A DNA stretch of 64,000 bases from Schizochytrium sp. TIO01 (Eukaryota > Protista > Bigyra: Labyrinthulomycetes). The notes beneath the pieces are model-generated. The model saw only the letters and a program-made list of their open reading frames with translations. It did no database searches and was not told the DNA's origin. The stretch is taken from the NCBI GenBank assembly GCA_004764695.1, contig SMSO01000037.1, positions 224,747 to 288,746 of the forward strand, read 5' to 3'. The position numbers and the translations under genes are program-made. Positions 52,794 to 62,791 of the stretch are shown piece by piece. The stretch's first letter is position 1. The number at the start of each line of letters is the position of its first letter.

Positions 52794-53374
52794 GAGAGAT
52801 ATTGACTTTTGGCAACACACTCAGAGATTGCTGCATATCTAATTTTTGGACAATCTCCAATCTGTATTGTATGTTTGTATTTGCCCCGGCAAAGACAGCT
52901 AAACTATCATCGTTTCTCTCAGCAGTCGTAGCATTGACCTTCACGTGATGGTCCCAGCACTTCGTCTCTCATCGCAATTCATTCTACCTTAAGATGTCCG
53001 TTGGAAAAATCGGTGCGTGTTCGCGCCGGATTATCTCTGTGTCTAGCCCAAAAATTCGCAAACGCAAATCAAAACCCATTTGCAAAAGGTGAATTGAATG
53101 TATTTCAAGTTACGTAAGCTCATGAAAGACCCCATGTTTCTCTGCCTTGATTGGAGTAACAGGTGTGGTTCATCGCTTTGGAAAGGTTCTCTTTCTACAC
53201 GCAAACTGATGCTTCATCGTGACTTGATACTATTTGTTGCAGGCCTAACAATCATTATATAAAGGATTAGTCGTTGTTTTTGATGCGACAAGGACCAAAA
53301 CAGCAAACGAGGAACGCGAGAGCGGGCTGCCTGAAGCCTGCTTTGCTTGCGATTTCTTCACCTACTCAGTCGCT
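52794..53374. promoter_or_regulatory. Probable bidirectional promoter between CCDC148-like and LIG4
   Basis: About 580-bp head-to-head spacer; positional inference only. Confidence 0.4.
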
Positions 53375-56300
53375 ATGGAAGACAACCTAGGTGGCCTGGA
53401 CGGTCTGCAGTCTGGTGCAACGACGCAGACGCAGTATGTGGAGGGCCCGTGTGACTATGCAGATGGGATTCGTTTTAAAGTGCTCTGTGAGGCCTTTGAA
53501 CGTTCACAGAAATCTACCCTAAAACAGAAACAGCGTCTTGCGATGTTTTTCAGGAGAGGACTCGTGGACGTCTCTAAGAAACAAACAATGTACCCGATAA
53601 TCAGACTCATAATTCCTGTAGTGGATCGTGTGCGTAATAGGTACGGAATTCGTGAAAGCAAACTGAAGGGCCTTTTGCGAGAAGTGATTGGCGTACGTAG
53701 AGATTCACCAGCAGGAAAGCAAATTGAGCAGTTTAAGGATAGCCGTATTGTAGGTACCGCAGCTGGAAACCTACCGCTTGTGGTGCAAGGAATTCTAGAT
53801 GAGAGAGGGTATAGTGCAAAGAGTAGTGTGGGCAAGAAACTCACCATTCAGGATGTCAATATCGCTCTTGATGAGCTCAGCGTGGCGACGGAGAACAAAA
53901 CGCGCCAGCAAATTCTAACGAGGCTTTTAACAAATATGGACTCGATCGAGTTCAAATGGATTCTTAACATCATCATGGTTGATAAAATGCACATTAATAT
54001 CAAACATGAGTCTGTTTTGCGTTACTTGCATGAAGATGCCCTCGATCAGTATAATGCACACATCAATTTGCGTCAAACATGCGCTGAATGCAAAGATCCT
54101 GAAATTCGCGTCCGCGCCCAAGTAAATTTGTTTACTCCTTTCAAACCCATGCTAGGCTTTAAGCCCACGGACAATACCCGTTGTATCGATGGCTTCAAAG
54201 ATGAAGCCTTTGCTGTTGAACCAAAGCTTGATGGTGAGCGTGTTATGGTCCACTGGTTTAGGCGAACCCCCGCGAAAACTAAAATTTATTCTCGCAAAGG
54301 TATTGATCTGGGTACAAAGTATGACTATAAGCACGCTCTTCAAGACCAGCTGGAGCACGCTTTGCTGGCAGAGGAGTGCATTGTTGATGGAGAACTTGTA
54401 CTCTATGATAGTGAGACTGGTGAGTACGCTCCATTCGGTCAAAATCGTACAGAAGCGCAGGAGGCTGCTGAGGCATACCGTGCGCAAGAAGAGCACCGGG
54501 GAACACGCTGGCTCTGTCTTGTGACCTTTGATGTGGTATACGTGCGATCCCCCCTTGTTCCAGCTGATCGCCAAGGATCCCTCACAGGTCTTTCGTATCT
54601 TGAACGAAGATCAATTTTACAAAAGGTTGTGCGGACGACATCAAACAAAGTAGAAATTATTCAGAACACAATCATCGATTCTACAGACAAACGTGAACGT
54701 TTCGACAGCATGTTCAAATTGCTTGAGGAGGTAATTCTCGAACGTGGTGAAGGCCTTATGCTTAAGAGACTTACCTCTACATATGATCTTGACAAGAGAA
54801 AACGTGACAGCTGGGTAAAGGTGAAGCCAGAGTATTTTGTGCAGCTCAGTGATGATCTTGATGTCATTGTCTTGGCAGGCTACTTACCTGATGGTCAACG
54901 TCGCAGCGGTGGAGCTAGTACCTTCATGCTAGGGGTTGCAAAAGATCCTCAAGATGGTGGCCAACCCACGGAGTTCTATACGTTTGGAAAAGTCGGAACA
55001 GGCTACAGTCTCAACGAACTCAAGCGCCTTCGAGAAGTCCTGCAAGAGGGTCAACACGAATGGACAGACACACCAGAGCATCTTATGGGTTGGAAACCAG
55101 CTAAGCGAGATGATCGACCTGACTTTTGGTATGAGCCAAGCAAATCTGTAGTATTCTCTGTATCTGGAGCAGAAATTGTGCGGTCCGAAAATTGGAGTTC
55201 GCAGTTTGTGATACGATTTCCTCGTGTACGTCGTATTCGCTGGGCAGAAGATAAACCGTGGTATGATGCAATGCGGTACAGTGAGCTCTCACACATGTAC
55301 GAGCAGACGCGTGGTGCCTTATCCCGGGCTTTGCAAGACCCATCACGTGGAAACGGCACTCGTAAAACCTCACGTAAGCCAAACCAAACCAAACGGGCTC
55401 AAACAGCGATTGGTACTGTTCCTTCTCAATTCACTGCTGTGGCCAGAGCTATCCGTGAAAATGCAAATTCAGAATCTAAACTTTTTTCCAAACTCAAAAT
55501 CCATGTCATTCCGTTTGATGTGAAACCGCCTCTCGAATTCCGGCATGTCAATGGTGAGGTAAAATCTGTGCAATCTCAAACAGATCTTGCCGTACTTTTG
55601 CAAAATAATGGAGCAGTGTACATCGCGACACCTCCTCGAAAAGGGGACCTCGACTTTGTTCTGGTTCATGCATCTGTAAATCCACGTCGTGTACAAAACA
55701 TCCTTCGTCTTGATACGATGGATTTAGTGTTTGTGGACTGGGCTCTTGCTTGCCTTTCCCGTGGTACACTCCATAAGCCCAAGGCAAAAGACTTTTTCTA
55801 TATGTGTTCAGCCACACGCATGAAGTACGGGGATTTTGATTCTTTTGGTGATCATAATGTAGAAGCAACAACAGGTCAAGCTTTGCAGGCTATTCTCTCT
55901 CGTGTGGAGGTGCGGACGCCTAAACGCCAAAAGGTCCGCCATGATTCGCTTGCCACAAAGGGCAATCGCCAAGACATTTGGGACAAGGTGGCACATCGTG
56001 CATTAGAGCTGTTACTCCATGACGAAGATGATCCTTTGTACACGCATAGTACTCCATTGCGTGGGTGTGTTTTGTACTTTGATAAGTTTGATATTGTACG
56101 CGTACGCATAAAGGAGCCGGAGAAGATTCGTGATGATGCTAAGTATTCACGAATGGCAGCCCTGGAGACAATGTCTCGTGTTTATGGTGCTCGCGTATGC
56201 AACGAACTTACACATGAGGTCACGCATATAATCATGGACCAACATAGCCCTGTTTTGGCCGAGCACATGGCAGGGATTCGTGAGCTTCTTCGGCATCGCC

Positions 56301-56470
56301 GTAATTCTAGGTTTGAATCATATCAATCTCTCGCTGAGCCCAAAACTATGTTGTTTTCTTGGCTTGAGCAAATCATTGAGCATGCAAAGTCGCCCAATGC
56401 ATCAGCTCTGTCCTGGGAGCATTTCCCTGAGCATAAGCATTTGCCACGTCTGGAAAAGCTGCCGGGGTAA
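53375..56470 (+). CDS. LIG4: DNA ligase IV (ATP-dependent, NHEJ)
   Basis: Ligase motifs I EPKLDGER, III IVDGELV, IIIa FDVVY, IV EGLMLK, V WVKVKPEY and VI IRFPRVRRIR are present. It has an N-terminal DNA-binding domain and two C-terminal BRCT-like domains, separated by DFDSFGDH..., which resembles the XRCC4-interacting region. Confidence 0.95.
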   Translation: MEDNLGGLDGLQSGATTQTQYVEGPCDYADGIRFKVLCEAFERSQKSTLKQKQRLAMFFRRGLVDVSKKQTMYPIIRLIIPVVDRVRNRYGIRESKLKGLLREVIGVRRDSPAGKQIEQFKDSRIVGTAAGNLPLVVQGILDERGYSAKSSVGKKLTIQDVNIALDELSVATENKTRQQILTRLLTNMDSIEFKWILNIIMVDKMHINIKHESVLRYLHEDALDQYNAHINLRQTCAECKDPEIRVRAQVNLFTPFKPMLGFKPTDNTRCIDGFKDEAFAVEPKLDGERVMVHWFRRTPAKTKIYSRKGIDLGTKYDYKHALQDQLEHALLAEECIVDGELVLYDSETGEYAPFGQNRTEAQEAAEAYRAQEEHRGTRWLCLVTFDVVYVRSPLVPADRQGSLTGLSYLERRSILQKVVRTTSNKVEIIQNTIIDSTDKRERFDSMFKLLEEVILERGEGLMLKRLTSTYDLDKRKRDSWVKVKPEYFVQLSDDLDVIVLAGYLPDGQRRSGGASTFMLGVAKDPQDGGQPTEFYTFGKVGTGYSLNELKRLREVLQEGQHEWTDTPEHLMGWKPAKRDDRPDFWYEPSKSVVFSVSGAEIVRSENWSSQFVIRFPRVRRIRWAEDKPWYDAMRYSELSHMYEQTRGALSRALQDPSRGNGTRKTSRKPNQTKRAQTAIGTVPSQFTAVARAIRENANSESKLFSKLKIHVIPFDVKPPLEFRHVNGEVKSVQSQTDLAVLLQNNGAVYIATPPRKGDLDFVLVHASVNPRRVQNILRLDTMDLVFVDWALACLSRGTLHKPKAKDFFYMCSATRMKYGDFDSFGDHNVEATTGQALQAILSRVEVRTPKRQKVRHDSLATKGNRQDIWDKVAHRALELLLHDEDDPLYTHSTPLRGCVLYFDKFDIVRVRIKEPEKIRDDAKYSRMAALETMSRVYGARVCNELTHEVTHIIMDQHSPVLAEHMAGIRELLRHRRNSRFESYQSLAEPKTMLFSWLEQIIEHAKSPNASALSWEHFPEHKHLPRLEKLPG

Positions 56471-57000
56471 TGTCAAGGTAATTCGAAGTTCCCATTTGGC
56501 TGAGTGGCAGGTACTTTTACTTTTCCCAGGACAAGTGAGGGTCGCGGGTGGGGAAACTCAGAATGGTAGATTTTAACCAAGATCAAAACGATTCCAAGTT
56601 TGAGGTTTCCAAGAGCGCGTAGTAGGGTTGGCGAGACTTTGTGCTGAATATTATCTGATCTAGCTGTCTCGGCGTTGGGTTTGATTTGACTGTTTCCTAT
56701 TCCCAGAAATTGTTTAATCAAATTCCCTTTGCTCGTCGTGGTCAACTGCCACTTCAAGTCGGGAGTGAAGATTTTCCCAGTGAACACTATTTGGAAACAA
56801 AGAGTTCCGTTATAGATACTAAGTCATCTGAGCAACGCAAGTTTGCTCTGGTAGCAGTCCTACCAGTATGCGCGTGTGCACTGCGAATCATATCACATTC
56901 GTCATACCGTGCTTTTTGTTTTAGACGTGGCAATTATCCACAGAAGTAAGTGTACGTACACTATTATAATATTGATTGGTACTTATTTAAACAAACAATA

Positions 57001-57036
<36 letters not shown>

Positions 57037-60000
57037 TTGAGTAAAAGTAGGAGGGGCCAGAAACCCCTGAAAAGGTTTGAGTCATCCTCCAAATTCGTTA
57101 GACGAGATAAACTGTCTCTCTCCTGCTGTTCCTGCTACCAGGCTTGTGATGTGAGGTCTTTTATTTCATACTAAATTGCTCTCTATGATTTGTTCTTATT
57201 CAGGGCGGTTTTTATTTTGTTGTAGAAGAATGCGAGCAAACAACTCCATGCTTATCTCCTCCCAAGTTTTCTGTGGTCACTAAATTCGTCGTTGCTGCCG
57301 GTCCACAAATGGTTCCTTCGTTAGTCCGATGCACACGAGTCCAGTGCCTTCAAGTTCAGGCACGAGTTTCTTCTTCGAGCGAGCACGTATTAGCTTCTTT
57401 TGCAGTCTCCCGTACCCCGATCTTTCAACCTCAAGTGTCTTACGCGCATATCTCCACCCAAGACAAACAACCAAAGCAAGTTCAAGTTCAAGTTCAAGCT
57501 CAAGCTCAACTAAGCCTCCTCTAGCTAGAGACGGTCCGCCATCCATCGTCATCGTCTTCGCCACCTGCCACCATCGTCGTATCAAGGCCTACCGAGGCAG
57601 TGCATATGCAATCTGCCGCCTTTGCAGACGACTCGCTCATTCTGCATTGTCGGCGGCGAGCGGGGCGGGGCGCCTGTCTCAGCCTCCGCGATGCTCGCAG
57701 CGACAGCTCGTCGAGGCTTCCCTGGCCTCCTCTTCGAGAGCATCCTCGAGCGCTCAAGTTCGAGGCGGGCCTCCTATCCTTTACACTAGCACCCCTCTAG
57801 CGAGCACGCTCCTCATCTAATTCAAATCTCTAGTTCAAATCTCTTTTTCGCGCCCATCATTAAATAGATAGATAAACACATACATACATAGATAGATAGA
57901 TAGATAGAGAGAGACCGCGTACCTCTTCTTTTTCTTCTACACACATAGATACATACATACACAGATATACTTCTTAATTGAAGCGTTTTCACAGTTATAA
58001 ATCAATCAGTTTTTTCGTTACGGAAGTCCATTGAATCATGAGCTAAAAAGATGTTGTTTGGCAAAGTCGAACGAAGGCACTTTTGGGAACGGCTGCCTTA
58101 TTCCGCCACCTCCAAAGGGGTACGGTTTAGCCTATGCGGCGTATAGGAGAAGGCAGTGCCGGCTCAATCACTCACTCAATCACTCACTCACTCACTCACG
58201 CACTCACGCGCTCAAGGTTGAAGCTCGCACGCAGACGCAGCTTTCAGGAGCTCACTCAGTCCAAGAGGCCACGATCGGTCGGAAGACCTGCGAGGCGACC
58301 TGCAAGCGGACCTGCCGCCGCATCTCTGCTACGAAGCTCGCGGCTTCGCGAGCTCTCGCGTTGCTGGTTCCGGCCAAGGACAGGCAGCTTGAGCGAGAAT
58401 AAGCGATCAGAGAGACAAAGAGACAAACCTTTTAAAAATGAATAAGTGAATAAGTGAATAAGTAAGTAAGTAAATAGATAGATAGATAGATAGATAAATG
58501 GATAAGTAAACAGAGCAGAGGCGACGTCGACAGAATGATTGAGGTTGAAGGCGTTGCAGAAACGGCGAGCGGTCCCAATCTTGACGCCGCTTCTTGGTCC
58601 CGCCGTATCGTAAGAACGATGTGAGGATGAGTGATCGCAGTCTTCTTCTCCTTCTTCTTCTTCTTCTTCTTCTTCTTTCTGACGAGCTACCAATTAATCG
58701 ATAGGATTCCTGAAGCAAGCATACATAGAATAACTTCACATGGATTTCTGTATAAAAAATAAACACTGTGATAAAGATTCTTTATAATTAAAGTTTTAAA
58801 ACAACATCATAGGTCGTAATGAAGACTGTTGTTCTCTTGCGACCTGTGACGGCAGCAATATGGACAACTTCAAAGCGCGCTTCCTGGCGCTCAGATCGCG
58901 ACGGCGCTCGGGAGCCACGATCTCTTACACGTCCCGGGTCGGTTTGCAGAGCTGATCATCGTCGTCGTCGTCACCACCACCACCATCATCATCATCATTT
59001 TCACAGCTTGGTTTTCAGACCTGCACTGCAATCATCCGTCATGATATCGATGAGCTAGCTGGCTAGCTAGCTAGCTAGCTAAGTAACTAACTAACCAACC
59101 GGTCCATCGATCAGTTGATTCTTTTGTTTGTTTGCCAAAGTCTTGAAACTTAGTCGTCATCGTCGGTCCAAGTTTCGAAGGGAGGAAAGACTGTTCCTGG
59201 CTGTCTCTACGTGCGCAACGCTAAATGGAAATGGTCGTGAACGTTGCTCGCCATGGCCATCAGATGGCATGGCCTTCCTTCAGTGGTTGAGCTAGCCTAG
59301 CTAGCTGGAGCAACTTGAATTTGTTGTTTGTTTCTTAGTTTGTTGGTTTGTTTGTGTGCCCTGTGTGGAATCAGACGGGCCAGCGGACCGGAACGAGGAC
59401 GAAAGCTGACCCTTTCGCTCACCCAAGTTGTATCTAAACTCTTCTTACAGCTAGCTGGCAGGTGGCGGTTCTACGTAACGGCGCCCAAGTTTGTTCAAAA
59501 CAAAGGAAGAACTGATTTTTTTAAATTTTTTTTAATAGCAATACAGAAAGATGAGCGCAATGAGAAGCTTGGGTGAAGGAAAAGTAGAGCCAGGAGCCCC
59601 AAGTCGAGGCTTGTTGAGTTTTTGCACGATATGCACCTCGACGCATGAACCGTGATACTTATACTCTGGTAGTACCCCTTTTTGTAAATAGACCGACCAA
59701 CTTCAATTTGATTTCATTTGACTCGATTTGATATGTAATTCAATGCAAACCGAAGCGCGCGGGCAGCTAGGTACCGAGTGACCAGGACTTCAGTCCGATG
59801 GCCTTTTTCGGATCCATTTCCCTCCAGGTTATTGATCAATTGATCCTTCTCTTTTCCTCTTCTCTTTTCCCTTAACTTGATTTTTTCCATTCTTTTAAAC
59901 CTTCACTAAACATGTTTTATTATTTAAAAAAAAAAAATTAAAAAAAGAAAAAAAAAGTAGTATTTCAAATACTTGAATAAGTAAGGCCTACCTACTGCGC

Positions 60001-62122
60001 TACTAGCACTGCGAGCCTCCAAGAGGAAAGAAAAACCTCTTTTTCTTCATCCAAAGCTTCACGTACCTACTGTGTCTTCGTATTAGAAGCAAGAGCCCCT
60101 TCTATCCAAGGAGAACGAGCTGGCGAGCGGAAGAAAGTACCGCCTAAGTGACCCCTAGGACCCCCTATCCCATCCACGACAAAGAAAGCACCGCTGCGCG
60201 TAAATCAATCAGCGATCGAGGTAGTTCTCCCCGAGCTGCGACTGATTGCGTCGCTTCACGCTCGGCTTTGCAGGAGCTGCGGCATCAGATCGGTCTCAAG
60301 CCAGCAAGCTCAAACTTGGCTTGGATGTCCAGTAGCTAGGTGCCGAAGAGCTCAGGTTCTTGAAAGATGCTCAACCAATCAATCAATCGATCGATCGATT
60401 GATCGATCTGCTGCTGCTGCTGCTGCTGATGATGATGATGATGATTACGCAGTCCAGCGTAGCACACCGCGGGGTCTTAGGGGTGCGCCAGAGTTTCCGC
60501 TATGCGCGCCGCATTTGAAATCCCGTCTGTCTGTCTTGAAAAGGCGCGTGAAATCGCAATGAGAACAGGGAAAGGCATGCAGAACCGTGCTTCCACCGCG
60601 TCGTGCCGTCGCAAAGCCTTCCGGCCTCCACGCCACGGGCTCTCCCCCCGCCTCCTGTGCCGGCTTCAAGAGGAAATCGATGACCCAACAAGCCACGAAA
60701 CAGTCAAACAAGCAAGCAAGAGGCATACTTAGAGGCATACTTGCCTCCTCGCCTCGTTTCTCTTCAGGGTCGTTCTCGCGTTCTCCCTTTTCCCCACAGT
60801 GGGGGTAACTCAGGTACCACTTTCCGGCCTCCCTCCCTCGGTCCCATTCCGCCACGCGAAAGTCCAAGTGGCTCATTACCCGTTCGCTCCTCGTCTTCTT
60901 GGGGCCCGTGGCCTGTGTCTGTCTGTGCGGCTGAAAGAAAGAAAGAAAGAAAGAAAGCCTTCGGGCCCAGAGCCTGAAGCCCCCCAGGCTCGAACCCTCC
61001 GTCACGAGGGGCGGCTGGGAGCCTTGCTTGCAGGCTTGGGGCTGCGTAAGCCCGGCTTGGCTGCGATGTACCCAAAGCGGTTTTCGCAGAACTCGGCGGA
61101 TCATTTCAATTAATTCGAGTTTTCAACTTTTTTCAAGTTTTACTTCTTTCTTCTTCTTTTCTCTCTTTCTTTTTTCCCCCTTTTTTATTATTTCTTTTTC
61201 TTTTTCATTCTCACAGCTGCGACGTAATGTACTAGGAGCACCTAAGCGCTCGCTACTGCTAGAAGTAGCGGCGTCTACCTACCGTATTCAGTAGCAGTGC
61301 CATTTTCTACTTCGAGGAGAGAGAAACCAGTATGAGTCGGGTCAATCAACTCTTAAAACTTGCTCGCTTCAAAAGACGGTGATGGAAACCTTCAAAGCTA
61401 CGGCCTCCGTGTGCATTGAGCCTGATTGAGGACTTTGGGCTGCCGAGCGACGTCCTTTGCCCCTTTTCTATCGGCCCCTCTCCCTCTCGCGAAGACGCCT
61501 GCCTCGCAAGGGAGGAAGGAGTTAGAAGAACGAACTGAAGGAAGGCTTCTTTCTGCCCATAGCAATAGATAGATGGATGGGTAGATGGATCATCACCTCT
61601 CTGTTTCTACTTTCTACCTACCTGTTTACGTAGGAGTTAGCTAACAGTGAACAAAGGGCGCTTCGTTCACAAGAAGAAGAAAGAAAGAAAGAATGAATGA
61701 AAGAATGAATGAAAGAATGAACGAATGAATGAATGAATGAATTTCTTCAATGATAGGATTGATGACCAAATAAGGAGAGGACCGACGCCGCCTCAGGCTC
61801 TGCGGCGACGGGTTTAGGGGGCGCGAGGCCACCTGAGGTCGAGCAGGTCCTGGCGAGCGGCGGGTCTGCGATGGCCTCCTCACCAACCAACCACCTCGAG
61901 GCCGGCCTTCTGGGCTGCCGCAAGGTGGAGCGTGGGGCGGAGCAATGGACTTCGCGCTCCTGAAATGGTTTTCAAGCGCGTTTGAAACAAAGAAAGAAAT
62001 CCTTGAAATCTTGAGAGGTCAAACTTTGGTTAGCCAAGCAGGTAAGTACCTAGGTAGGGGTAGCTAGTACTTAGGTAAGTACGCCTGTGCTTAGTTTAGT
62101 TTTGATTTGTTGAGAGGAAGCG

Positions 62123-62124
62123 GA

Positions 62125-62163
<39 letters not shown>
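62123..62163. repeat. (GAAA)10 microsatellite
   Basis: Seen directly in the sequence. Confidence 0.93.
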
Positions 62164-62164
<1 letters not shown>

Positions 62165-62791
62165 CAGGCAAAGCATAGCATAGCATAGTATAGAGTAGCA
62201 GAGCATAGCGAGGCGTAGCGTGGCGGAGGCCTATGGTAAAGGGTAGGTGGGGCTAGCTAGGGAGGAGGCTTTGTTTTCTTAGTTTGTTTGACGATGATCA
62301 CTTATGGAAAGTAGAAAGGAAGGAAGAAAGAAAGTGTTTGTTTAAACTTTGATTGAAAATACTTTTGAATTGGGAAATGATTGACTCGGAAAGAGAAATG
62401 AAAAAAGAAGGAAAGTTGCAGCGGCAAAGCAGAAACCGGCTGTCTCAGACTGCCGCATCGCAGCAACGCCTCTGGCGATTCAATCTTGCGCCGCGACGCT
62501 GACCTGCACAAACTTGCCAGCAAACCCGGATCGAGAACAGGCCCGCCACCAGAAAGACAAACTCAGAAACCATATAACAAAGGCGCCGCCACAGCAACAA
62601 CAGACCTGGAGCTTCGCGAACAGCACTCTGCTCGTCACCCCCCCCCCCAAATATATATATATCATACTGTATCAAATACATATCTATATAATATCACATC
62701 AAGAGCGCCTCTCTTGGTCAAGTTCTCTCGTGTGACACCGCATACGTGATTTGATCAAAGTAGAACTCGGCGCTCAGTAGACAAAACCATA

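Noticed and set aside
43376-56576. Many short ORFs overlapping the five long CDSs
   Set aside because: Shadow frames of well-supported genes.
56473-56823. Minus-strand open frame ending beside the LIG4 stop
   Set aside because: No ATG and no recognisable motif; it probably overlaps the LIG4 3' UTR.
60445-61113. 219-aa and overlapping ORFs in a GC-rich patch
   Set aside because: Multiple frames are open on both strands, they contain STR-derived residues, and no domain is evident.
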